Part shown: piece after piece, positions 50,191-62,018 of the stretch
How positions within the stretch are numbered: the stretch's first letter is position 1
How the letters are laid out: every line of letters begins with the position of its first letter
Origin: Podarcis bocagei
Taxonomy: Eukaryota
DNA: 64,000 nt
Strand: one strand, 5' to 3'
NCBI GenBank assembly: GCA_964188305.1
Contig: OZ076896.1
The notes under the pieces: model-generated
Databases searched by the model: none
What the model was told of the DNA's origin: nothing
What the model saw: the letters and a program-made list of their open reading frames with translations, nothing else
Position numbers and translations under genes: made by a program

Positions 50191-50358
50191 CCATATTTTT
50201 CTCTGTATAAGACGCCCCCATGTACAAAACACCCCCTATTTTTGGGGACTCCGAATTAAGAAAACACCCCACAGCACTACCCGTGTATAAGACGAGCCCC
50301 AATTTTAAACACAATTTTTTGGTAAAAAAAACTAGTCTTTATACACGGAAAAATGTGG
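50191..50358. mobile_element. Tc1/mariner (Tigger/pogo-like) MITE
   Basis: TA|ccatatttttctctgtataagac ... gtctttatacacggaaaaatgtgg imperfect TIRs. Confidence 0.75.
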
Positions 50359-53300
50359 TTCTTCCTTCAATATATGTGCACTTACAGCAAGAACTGACTT
50401 TCTAATATATCTGGGACTAGACCAACTGATAAACTAGAATTGTCCAAATAGCTGTTGAGCAATAAGGTACTAAGTTTGGCGATCCATTAATTTGCACTAG
50501 GTTGGAATTTCTGCAAGCAGTTGTCTTAATTTCTAAGCTATAGTTCCTTTGATAAATTTCATACAACCGTATGCAGGTAACCAAAAAAGTGAAAGGAATC
50601 CCAGTAAAGTTACTGTAAGATTCAGTAAAGGGTGTGTACACAATGCAGTAAATGAAGTCAAAATACTTAATAAGCTTTCCTTTGTCTGTAGTGGTTGGTT
50701 GGCTCACTAAAATTATTCTTTGTTTTATCAGTTTTAATGTTAATCTCCATCAACTTTTTTGTTTATAGCTATTTTTTAAAGTAGTTTAATTTTAGTGTAA
50801 ATCTGTTGTGATCCTGTATGTAGGTGATTCATATAAATTTGCTTCGTTTTCATAATGTTGTGATTTAGACTATGTTCAGTGGAGAAATTTTTTTGCAGCG
50901 GAACGAAACAGTATTTTCCAGTAACTGTCTTGCAGAGCAAAACAGATTTAAAAGAAAGTTTGAGCTCATATTTGTTTAGATTTTGGGATATTAATCGCTC
51001 TAGTTCAGCATAGATCATGTTTTCTTCTAAGAAGATCAGGACTTTAATGGCAGATACTGTTATCAGTGAAATGTGAAGTGGAAACAATCTACACTTGCGT
51101 GTATAAATCAATATATAATAAGATTCCCTACCCAAATATTTCTGTATAGTTTATTATTATTGTTTCTTTCTGTCCTCCCAAATTACCGTCGTGTGTTTCA
51201 AACTCAACTGCATATATGGGCGCTTCCTCCCATCTTGCTTTGTGTGAAAATCGTGCAAGTTGATAAAGGGTTAATTTCCCGTGCATATAGGAGCATTTCT
51301 TTGGTATTTCGTGCTAGGTTACGAATCTGTCATTGCCCCTCTTTCATGCTTGTGTGAGTATGGAAATGATTTGAGACAGAATATTGTGGGGAGTGGGCGA
51401 ATGGGATAAGTGCTTGTGCCTCGTGACCATACATTGCGTCATCATGAAAGTCTCTGTACAACTCCTCTGGTATTCTTGGCACGCAATGCGCAAGGGGAAT
51501 GGGACTGAGAGAGTACAGATCGAAATCTGCGCTTCTAGAATATTCCTCACCCCCCCGCCCTTCGTTTCTGAAATAATACCCTGCTTCTTTCCTCCTTTCT
51601 TAGATGTTTAAAGGTTGCTGTATAAGGTGTCGGCAATGCAGCAATTTAAACACAATAGCATATACAGTTAGCTACACAATAATTGTGCTAACTGTTACTG
51701 ACCTTGGATGTTCATGTCTGAAACATCAAATGAGTTTCCTTGAAATCTGCTGTTTTGAAATATTTAAAATGGATGAGTATACCAATAGGACAGTGACTTT
51801 TATTCTCTTGTCTATGTAACCCTGTTTCAAGGGGAAATATGAAATGAAATAAAGGCTTGTAGCCTCCGTTGGCAAAAAGAATTATGATTCTGAGAGTAAG
51901 TAAAAATAACTGACATTACTCTTTTTTTTGCAAGATGAGAATTAAAAAAAAAATCCTTTCTACTCTATAGATTGTTAAAATAAGTGTAAAATAAGTGGCA
52001 CGAGCTCTTTCCTAGGGATGATGTGAATTGATTTATGCAACTTAGAGTTTGTTTTATAAGGGGAAAAGATTGCCTTCCTGACCAGATGTAAGAAGAAATC
52101 TATTACAGGTTTGTATTCTTTTGGTTACGCTTAGAAACCATGGTGCCTAATAACCCCCCTTCTGGTATTACCATGAAACTCTCAGATAGTTGGATAAAGA
52201 AGTATTGCTTGGTTTATAGTGAATTACCTCATAATGAGAAAGTTGGAAAGATATTTTTGTCGTGGTAACAAAGTAGTGATTGCTGTCTCTTTCTTTCTTT
52301 ATCATCAAACATTGACATATCATTCATAAATTAATAGGAAATTCGGGTCTGCCCCTTTTGCGAATCTTTATGATACGAGCGCTTCTGTCATTTTCTAAAT
52401 TACATTGTGGGTGGAGCAATAATGCTGATACTTTGAAAAGAATACTTTGAATGTGCACTTACTCTATCAGTTAGATGTTCACTATGGATAAGAAAGAACT
52501 ATGGTAATAGAATTAGTTGGCAGAAATACGAAAGGTGTTGCAGTCTTAGGACTAGCTATGGCTGCCCTGATGCTGACAGGCAGTTCTCTTAACGATGCAA
52601 TCCATTGACCTCTAGTTATAACCCGAGTAGATTTCTTTTCTATTCTTTCAATTTAAGATTTTATTTTTAACGCCGTTCGACGTCTGTCTGTTCGTTGGCT
52701 TCAGCCTTCTGCTTAGGAATTATTTACCTTATTTTGACTTGAACTTGCTGCCCCTGCAGCTTCTGTTAATAACAGAGATGGACAGATCAAAGGAGAAAAG
52801 CCTTTGGAAAAGGGAAGTGAGGCAGCCCTAGCTGGCATGAACACAATTACTTTTAATTCTTTTTTTAAAAGCTGTAGCCTCAGTAATAGAAATTTTTAAT
52901 AAAATGTGGGACTATGCAAAGGTTTCGGTCATTATTCGAATTCTTGTTCACATGTTTGCTTATAAGAGCTCGGGGTTGCACAAAAGTGTAAGACTTGAGT
53001 TTTCTACGACAGGTTTCTCCATCTGAAAAGTAATAAATAGCAGTATATTTTAAAACAGCATGCTATAAATATAGATTCTGTAAGACTTCCTTACTGAAGT
53101 TTTGAATTATGATGTGAATTTTTAGCTACAACTTAATAAAAAATAATTTAAATAAAATTAGTAGTTAACATGCAGAATTGTCACTTTTAATTTTTGCCCA
53201 TCTCTACCCAAAAACAGTGTTTTTATTATAATTAAAGAATCAAACACACACTATTTTCCCCAAGAGTGTCTTTCATGCTCTTTTTTGAAGGAGATGTATG

Positions 53301-54064
53301 ACATATTTTGTTCTTAAACAGAGCCTAAAAAGAGAGAATTGTTGTTTGCTGCTGGAGGGGTGGGGGAAAGAGATAACAGATTACTACTAGTTACCTAATG
53401 GAGAAGACAAAATTCTAATTATCCTTATTATTTATACCATATGGAAAAGGATGCATCAGATAAAGTACAGTAAGGAGTATGAAAATGTAAAGTAATTTCC
53501 CGCATAACTTTTTGAACTTCAGTTATAGTTTTCCGTTGTGTAATTTCACTTTACTGCCATGAGGTGGAAAAAATAAACCAGACCTTTGGTACAGGAACAT
53601 ATTTTCCCCAGAATGGCAGTAAAACAAAAAGCAAAGTGCTGAAGTTGTAAGGTTGACTACTTCCCACTCTGCAATAAGTACAAAAGTTTTTGGATCTTTG
53701 CACTGGCAGTCTTTAAACTGCTGCCGTCTTCATCCTGCCTCACTTCAGGTTCCCCTGAGATCATGTAGTAGTATTGCCTGCTTCTGGCTCAAGAAATAAC
53801 TTGAATAACACATCTCTGCAAATTAGTTTTGAGCAAGTCTCAGTTTGTTATGAAAATTCCATAGGCTGATGAATAACTTGCTGTGTTGTCAAAGCTGTGT
53901 TGTTAGATTTTATTTTTCAACTCCCTTTTTATTTTTCAAGACCCTTCTGATTTGTCAGTTCAAATTCTTCCCCTCATCTCTTTTTGTTACTATGAAGAAA
54001 TTTTAAATATAAACTATAAATAATGTTTTGATAATTTTATGGTGAAGTATGAATTCATTTATGG

Positions 54065-54207
54065 NNNNNNNNNNNNNNNNNNNNNNNNNNNNNNNNNNNN
54101 NNNNNNNNNNNNNNNNNNNNNNNNNNNNNNNNNNNNNNNNNNNNNNNNNNNNNNNNNNNNNNNNNNNNNNNNNNNNNNNNNNNNNNNNNNNNNNNNNNNN
54201 NNNNNNN
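54065..54207. other. Assembly gap (143 N)
   Basis: Run of N bases. Confidence 1.
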
Positions 54208-54807
54208 TTTCTCATCAGCTGAGTATTTAATTAAATATGTTTAATTACTTTGAAATGGCTAGATCCAGAGATGCTTGGCACCCAGTAATTTCCCAGCTTT
54301 TATAGATGGAGTTGTTGGCTGTTATGCTCTCATCATGTTATGCTTTTTATGTTTTGTTTCCTGATGTAAATCACTTTAAGGTGATATCTTTTTTTAAAAA
54401 AATCTGCGTTTCATGGGAATAACTGAGATGTAAAATATTAATTTCAGGTCTGCTCTAGCTATGTGTGAGGGGAAAACCGCTTAATTCTTTCAGTTGAAAA
54501 TACTATGAATTTCTTGTTTATGCATATTATTACATTACTTCATCGAAATAAGCACTGGAAATAAAACCTTTTAATTTTGGTGCGAGAGATATATGGGAAT
54601 TTGAGTAATGGAGTTTAAAAAAACACATTTGAAAATATAGAATCTTTTATTTTTGCAACAATTTGATAATTAATCTTTCATTTCGGGAGAAGAGAGTTTC
54701 TTTTCTCACCTTTTGTGTGGCATATTTCTAAGATCTATATACTGCCCCCCCCCCACAAAAAAAACCTTAAGAAAATTTATCTGATTTCTAGATAGTCAAA
54801 TGATTGG

Positions 54808-54879
54808 TTCCCGCATTGCAGGGGGTTTGAGTAGATGACCCTTGGGGTCCCTTCCAACTCTGCAATTTTATGATTCTAT
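54808..54879 (+). mobile_element. CR1 / CR1-tailed SINE 3' end
   Basis: ttcccgcattgcagggggtttgagtagatgacccttggggtcccttccaactctgcaattttatgattctat, the same tail as the SINEs at 16497, 23375 and 43083. Confidence 0.8.
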
Positions 54880-55723
54880 TAAATGCTTTGCCTATTGTTG
54901 AAGCTCTAAGTAGATATGCAAATGTAGAAACATCCCTAGAAATGTTGCACATGACTTTTAGGTTGCCATCCTATACACACTTCCTTGAATGTAAATCCCA
55001 TTTAACTTGGTGCGTCTTCTGAGTACTGTATAGCATTCTGTATAGAATTGCAGTGTTAATGTCTGTATTGCTCTCGTGAATATTTTGCTTGCAAGTGTAA
55101 GAGTTAAGAATCATATTAAAGAATCTTGCAAACTTTAAGGTACAGAGTATAGTGATGAATACTATTATTATTTGTCTGCATCGAACTGAAAGAAGCATGG
55201 ATGCATTGTGAAGCATATCCAATTCATATATTTGTTCACCCAGCAGGGAAAATCAAACCATCTGAACTGTTAAAGAAAAACCACTTTTGATAGGTTTGTT
55301 TCACTTGCGTAAAGTCACTGCAGTTTGAACCCGATTTACTTCTTTGGTTTTTTTTGTTCTTTCTCACTGTGGTTGTACAAAATAAGTTGAAGAAGATAAG
55401 TTCACTTTTATTCTTTCCTTTGGGTAGGTTGCTGCAGCATTCTAAACATTACGCTTGCTTGGATATTTGGTTTACATTACACTGTTATGCGTAGCAGTGG
55501 TAAAGGTGATACTAATAATAATATTTATTATTTATACCGTCAGATGTGGACAGTATACAAACTGCACTGTAAGTTTTATATCTGTGTTTTTTTCTTCTGC
55601 TTCCTTGCTTCCTTGATAGATAGAAACTTTATTTGCATTAGCCACTAGCCATAGCAATAGGTTTTTCTTCTGTAATATTCATATGTTCTAATAGGCAGAA
55701 GACCTTGGAAGTTTTATAGAAAG

Positions 55724-56368
55724 GTGTTGTTGTTGTTGTTTAGGCATTTAGTTGTGTCCGACTCTTCGTGACCCCATGGATCAGAGCACGCCAGGCACTC
55801 CTGTCTTCCACTGCCTCCTGCAGTTTGGTCAAACTCATTCTGGTAGCTTCGAGAACACTGTCCAACCATCTCGTCCTCTGTCGTCCCCTTATCCTTGTGC
55901 CCTCCATCTTTCCCAACATCAGGGTCTTTTCCAGGGAGTCTTCTCTTCTCATGAGGTGGCCAAAGTATTGGAGCCTCAGCTTCAGGATCTGTCCTTCCAG
56001 TGAGCATTTAGGACTGATTTCCTTAAGAATGGATAGGTTTGATCTTCTTGCAGTCCATGGGCCTCTCAAGAGTCTCCTCCAGCACCATAATTCAAAAGCA
56101 TCAATTCTTCAACGATCAGCCTTCTTTATGGTCCAGCTCTCACTTCCATACATCACTAATGGGAAAACCATAGCTTTAACTATGCAGACCTTTGACTGCA
56201 AGGTGATGTCTCTGCTTTTTAAGATCTAGGTTTATCATCACTTTTCTCCCAAGAAGCAGGCGTCTTTTAATTTTGTGACTGCTGTCACCATCTGATCATG
56301 GAGCCCAAGAAAGTAAAATCTCTCACTGCCTCCATTTCTTCCCCTTCTATTTGCCAGGAGGTGATGGG
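55724..56368 (-). mobile_element. 5'-truncated RTE-BovB LINE (ORF C-terminus and (CAA)n tail)
   Basis: ORF 55740-56069 encodes PWTARRSNLSILKEISP..SLEGQILKLRLQYFGHLMRREDSLEKTLMLGKMEG..RGRQRTRWLD, the characteristic BovB C-terminus; the upstream part is degraded. Confidence 0.95.
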
Positions 56369-56752
56369 TGTAGGGTCTTTCAAATGGATACTGTTAATCA
56401 GCTATATTTTGAAAGGTGCACTCTTCCACTGTCTCTCGTGACAAGACAAATGCCAGCAATATAGTGAATAAGTAGTGTGTGTTCTTTCTGAAAGAAGTTG
56501 GGTGGAAATACATGAGAAGACATTGCCCGTCATACATTATGCTGTGCATAGGGGTGACATCCTGTGTCCCAGAAGCAGATTACCTTTCCTTATTTACTCC
56601 CCAAATCTTCCACAGAGTTTCATAATCAAGACTGCAGGGGGAAAGGTGGAAGCTTGTCTACCAACGAGTTCATCTGCTGGTGGGTAGATTTTACCCCAGG
56701 AATCTAGGAAGCTACTATTTTATATCAAGTTGGACTACTGGTTCATCTAGGC

Positions 56753-56832
56753 CAGGGTTTCCCAAAATTGGGTCTCCAGCTATTTTGGGACTACAACTCA
56801 CAACATCCCTGACCACTGATCCTGCTAACTGG
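56753..56832. mobile_element. Left half of a palindromic hAT MITE
   Basis: cagggtttcccaaa...gggactacaactc...catccctgaccactg, similar to 23711; left flank atctaggc. Confidence 0.6.
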
Positions 56833-57825
56833 CCTGATCTCTCTGAACAGGGTTCCTCCCTCCATCGTATATGAAGTTGATAAGGATTTGAGCTGGGAAC
56901 TTCTGCATTCAAAGCTTTTAGCCTATAAGAGGTATCTTCCTTTTTTCCTTAAAGGCAATTTTAGCTATATATTATGGTATTTATATCAGAAGATGCGAAG
57001 AAGAATAAGGCATATAAAACCTGTTTTGGTTGTATTTCTTTGCTGGCTGGGCAATTGCCTTTTGTAGGTAAGGTTATGTTCTCATGACTTTATGATGAAG
57101 ACCGGAGCTGCTCTCCTCATAGGTCAGGCTCACACTTTCTCTCGTAATATCCACAAGGAATTTGGGAGTGGGGTGGGGGCAGATTATAAACATAAAATCC
57201 ACATCCTGACAGCTGCCTCCAGTTAGCCATGTACTCCCCCTCTCCACCCTCTGCTCCAGAATCATGCAGCAGCTTCTAATTTGTCCCACATGACTCTTCT
57301 CCCAACGGAGTAGTTGTCCATTTCCTTGCCGGTTTCACTTGATCCAAAGCAAACAGTTAATGAAGAATAAACCAATACAGGCAGTTGTCATTTCACTTTA
57401 GGTTTTCAGGTGTCATGAGTAGGAAGAAAGGGGCAGATTATTCCGTGTTTGGGGTGGAACTACTGGAAGGGAAATGGGAATTGAAAATGGAATGCCTGTA
57501 GAAAGCAGAAAAGTATTGCCATGTCAAGTTTTCTTGAGACAGTTACAAGTTTGTCTTTAAGTAACCTGGAGACGTTCCTTTTGTTAATGAATCATAATAA
57601 TATTATAATGTGGGACTATAAATAAATTTGAACATATGGCTAGCTACCCCTTGAGCTGAAATCATTTCCTGTGAACTCATGGCATTTGCAGTGATTTTAT
57701 ACGTATGGTGATAAGTATGTAAACACAATGGGAAATGAATGCACATTCACAGTTTGGGGAATATGTATGGTTTGGTCACTCATTTTTTTGAAGAACTGCC
57801 TTTTTTTTGTATGTGTCTCTCTGCA

Positions 57826-58150
57826 TGCCCCAGCCATTATGTGAGGCCCTGTTCCAAATCCCTATATCTCATGAGACACAGCTAATAGTAAGCAGGGCTA
57901 GGACATTCTCTGTAGCTGTGTTCACTCTGTGGAATGACTTACTAAGCAAGGCACATCAGGCTCCATTGCAATATGATTTCAGGAGGCTGATAAAGATGTG
58001 ATTGTCCAAACAAGCTCTTTGGCAGATTATATGTGGTTTTTGTGGTTGTTTTCAACTTCGGAATTGTTTTACATCGAATATATTGTTCTCATGTTTTGAC
58101 TTGTTAGCTGCCCCGAATTTTTCACAAATTAGGCATGATACAAGTTTTTT
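57826..58150 (+). mobile_element. Old L2 LINE 3' fragment
   Basis: ORF 57807-58001 contains RTFSVAVFTLWNDL..AHQAP..DFRRLIK, a decayed L2 ORF2 C-terminus. Confidence 0.6.
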
Positions 58151-59845
58151 ATTATTTAAAAAATAATTGAATACATAAAATAAAAAGCCATCAAATAATT
58201 ATCACATGCTTTTCTGGTGAATCTCTTCAAACCTCTGAAAATCATGACTTTTTAAACAATAAGCACGGTGATGCAGTCCCTGGAAGTGTAGATCATCCTA
58301 GTACTTTTCTATCTTTTAATGAGGCCTGGTTTTGATGTGTGGAATGATGTATTGGGTGAGTAAGCTTGTCAGTGTATATTTACTTCTGCACAACTTTACT
58401 ATTTCTTATCCCATTGGTGCTCTTTTATCAGCGTGTTTATTTTTATTGTTCTTTTATTTTACACTCAAGTGTCGTTTTGCCTATACGTGGGTGGGTGTGA
58501 CACACACACACACACACGTGAGATCCACTATTACCTACTGTGGTCTCTTGCTTCCAAATTTTTTTCTACTTCTACAAAAACAACAACAATAATAAAAAAC
58601 AGGATTATTCCTCACCCCCACCAAAAAGGAAGAAATGCGATTTCAAATCCATAGATTTCCTGGGGATGAACCCCCCCCCCGCAAGGTTACTCACTTTTGC
58701 CTTTTAAAGTATGACTCATCAGTTCTGAGCAGGAAAGGGTAACAGAGGGTTTCCATGAAGCCCAACGGATATTTTGATACATGTTCTTAAAAACAGAGAG
58801 AAAATGGGGAAAAAAATACAATGAAAATAATTTTCCTGCTAAGATGGGAAGGACAACCCAGGTATTCTGGTTCTGCTATTTGGCATTTAGATATCAGGCT
58901 TCTCAAGCTTTAACTTCTGGACACTTGCCTGCCTGTTAATGAGGTGTTTTAATGTTTTCCCTAGTTGCTACTGTAGTTGTGTTGGTTATTAAGCCCACAA
59001 CTTTAACTTGTGTGCATTCAGCTTTACGGGCATGGCAAAAAAGGGGTTCCAGAAAAAAAAGATGATATTGGTTATCTCACCTGCCATTGAACCCAGTGGC
59101 TTTTGACTATACTCTACATAATTTTGGCTTCAGACAAGATCCACTGAACGTAAATTGTGTGGCTTAATATATTGCATTTCCATGAACATCTCTCATACGG
59201 CTGCACTAACATGCAAGCATTCCAAGCATTGGTGCAGTCCAATTGCATTAGATTTGGTCATGAAATTGGGAAAAACACTCAGAATTAGCCCACATTGTTA
59301 GTAATTTAGATCTAGCCTCAGCCCCCACTAGAACCGCTAACAGAAAAGTGGCTCCAATATGACCAGGGTATTGTTTAAAGAGCCCTACAGTCTATCTGAT
59401 AAACTGCTTCTGCAATTACGGAATGACACAAAAGACCTCCGTTTTCTAAAGTACCTTGACTTTTCCTGCTTCTTATGAAGACTAATAATTTTTCTCTTAA
59501 TTAGGTTCCATCTGCTGTTCTCATCTTGAATTCTAAAGGTTATAGTTATTACTATATTCATAAAATCACCCAACTGTGTAAGAGAACTTCAACAATAGTT
59601 TTAAAACCAAGATTCTCCATTATGCTATATCCAATAAACTATCTGTAGCTAATGGGAAGGGAGTTGATTGCCAGGCACAGTACTGTAAAGTCTTTTCCTG
59701 CTGTATCGCCTTGCCATAGTGTGAGAGGGGTGTGTGTGAAGGGGGATTGCTATGAATTGTAAGCGGATCAGAACTAAGGCTGACTGTTGGGCAATGAAAA
59801 AGAAAAATGTCCAAATTTCTGAAATGCCTCTTTGGGAGAAGTGAG

Positions 59846-60078
59846 GCTCACTGCGAGAAGTGAGGTTACAGGGAACCAGGCAGAGGGCCTTCTCTGTAGT
59901 CGTGCCTTCCTGTCAGATGTCAAGGAAATAAACAACAATCTGACTTTTAGAAGACATCTGAAGGTAGCTGTGTTTAGGGTAGTTTTTAATGATTGGAGTT
60001 TTATTCTGTTTTTAATGTTCTGTTGAAAGCCACCCAGAGTGGCTGGGGAAACCTAACCAGATGGGCGGGGTAGAAATA

Positions 60079-60080
<2 letters not shown>
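59846..60080 (+). mobile_element. L2 LINE 3' end
   Basis: cagggaaccaggcagagggccttctc ... agccacccagagtggctggggaaacctaaccagatgggcgggg; homologous to 19342-19578 with an internal deletion. Confidence 0.85.

Positions 60081-60164
<84 letters not shown>
60081..60164. repeat. Compound microsatellite (TTC)17(TTA)11 at the L2 tail
   Basis: Perfect runs at 60081-60131 and 60132-60164. Confidence 0.95.
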
Positions 60165-60166
<2 letters not shown>

Positions 60167-61778
60167 TTTTCGAGGAAAAGCTCAGCCTTGCTTGGTGGAA
60201 GCAGGAGTTTTGAATCACTTGCAAACTTAGCTAAATTTATTAGGTTATCAACATGAGTTTGTAAAGTGAAGGTAAAGTTATATATACGGTATATTTATTT
60301 AAAAGGATTTCAACATTTGCACAAGCCCATATATTGTTTGAAAAAGAGAATCTCTGTGTAATAGACTGGTACTTTATGATGTGTTTATTTGACTGTGTGT
60401 TGCCATTTGATCATCAGTAACCACAACACCATACTAAAATCACTGTATTCATGGGGATAAATGTTTGAAACATTCACACACCAAATTATCTATTGACGTG
60501 TGTAAACTTTAAGAAGGTAGATAACTGTGTTGTTGGTTCCCCTACCACCACCTTGACTTGATCACATGAGCAGAAAGGCTAGTAAGTCTTGTTGACTTAC
60601 TCATAAAGCTAAGTTGTGTATTGTAACAGGTAAACAGTGGTGTTTGTGGCTAGCATAAACTTAGTTATTTGGTTTATTCAACGATTTATTGAAGCCTGGA
60701 ATTTATTAATGCCTGGAATGGGATTTAAATCAGGATGCCCTTGGTCCAAAGTTTATTCCCTTAACATCACTATATTTAAAATTATCTCTCTGTATCAGAC
60801 AGCTTCTAAAAATTTGATTAGCAGTAAAGTGTGTGTGTTTTGGTGACTTCATGAGAGCTGTTTCAACAGAGCATCTTGTAGTAAAAATAATAATCACACT
60901 TAATAGAGATGGGGGATGTTGCCATTGACACTGGCCTATAACTTTGTTGCGATCAGCATGGTATCTTAGATTCTCTTTCAACCCCCACCCACCCTTTCAA
61001 GAATCCCATGCTTCTCGAACAGTGTTTTAAATGTGCTTGAGATGTAAGGAGAGAAATCCATCTTGGAAACAGATTAAGCTCTTGGTTGTTGAACTGAAAT
61101 ATGGGCTTTGGGAGCACCGATAGCATAGCATAAGTTCAGATCAGTGATATATGTCAGCACATCAGCCTGTGTAAGTCATGCCAGAATAAACGATCAACGT
61201 GTTTGGCAGAATTAAGTGGACCTGATTTCCTACGAACAACTCTGTTTTGATTATATAATAACCTTTCTTATTTTTAGAGTTTGTTATCTTTGTCCCCATT
61301 ACTTTTTTGTCTTACAGCACTAGCACAGCCTCTGTCACCGTGATGGAAAGGGTTATATAATGCAAGACCTTTGGTTCTTGTGCACAGTATATCACATGGG
61401 GCCTTGAATTCAGAGACCAGTTGGGTGCATGCACAGTTTCTGAATCCCTGGGTGAAACCTGAATGAGTCGATCCAGTTCATTGTGTGGAGCTGGTGTGTC
61501 ATATCTGACCATCTGCAGGGAACAGGTAAAGGTAAAGGGAATTTACCTTTATGGGATGCGGTTGATGAGTGCCAGCTACCTCCAGTTAACTTTCTAGTTG
61601 ATTCCCCCCCCCCCAATTGGTCCTTACCTCTGTACTTCTTGCATTATGTTCTGCTTTGCCACACAATTGTGTGCTGGACTCCTGCTCACTTTGGCATGCC
61701 CACATTCATACTTGCCCCTTTGCATTTTAAGTGTGACAGATGATTTTCCATTCAATATAATCTGTAAATTGTTAGGTA

Positions 61779-62018
61779 CAGTCATACCTCTTGTTATGTT
61801 CGGTTCAGGTTACGTCTTTTCAGGTTGCGTCCCATGGCAACCCGGAAGTATCAGAAAGGGTTACTTCTGGGTTTTGCCACTCGCGCATGCGAAGACGCTC
61901 AAAATGACGTCATGCGCAGAAGCGGCAAATCATGACCCACGCAGATGCGGGTTGCGTTCTGCTCATGTTGCGAATGGGGCTCCAGAATGGATCCCGTTCG
62001 CAACCAGAGATACCACTG
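61779..62018. mobile_element. Tc1/mariner (Tigger-like) MITE
   Basis: TA|cagtcatacctcttgtt ... aaccagagataccactg|TA. Confidence 0.85.

Noticed and set aside
54003-54230. ORFs containing X runs
   Set aside because: Artefacts of the N gap.
55714-56229. Overlapping ORFs on both strands
   Set aside because: Alternative frames of the BovB remnant.
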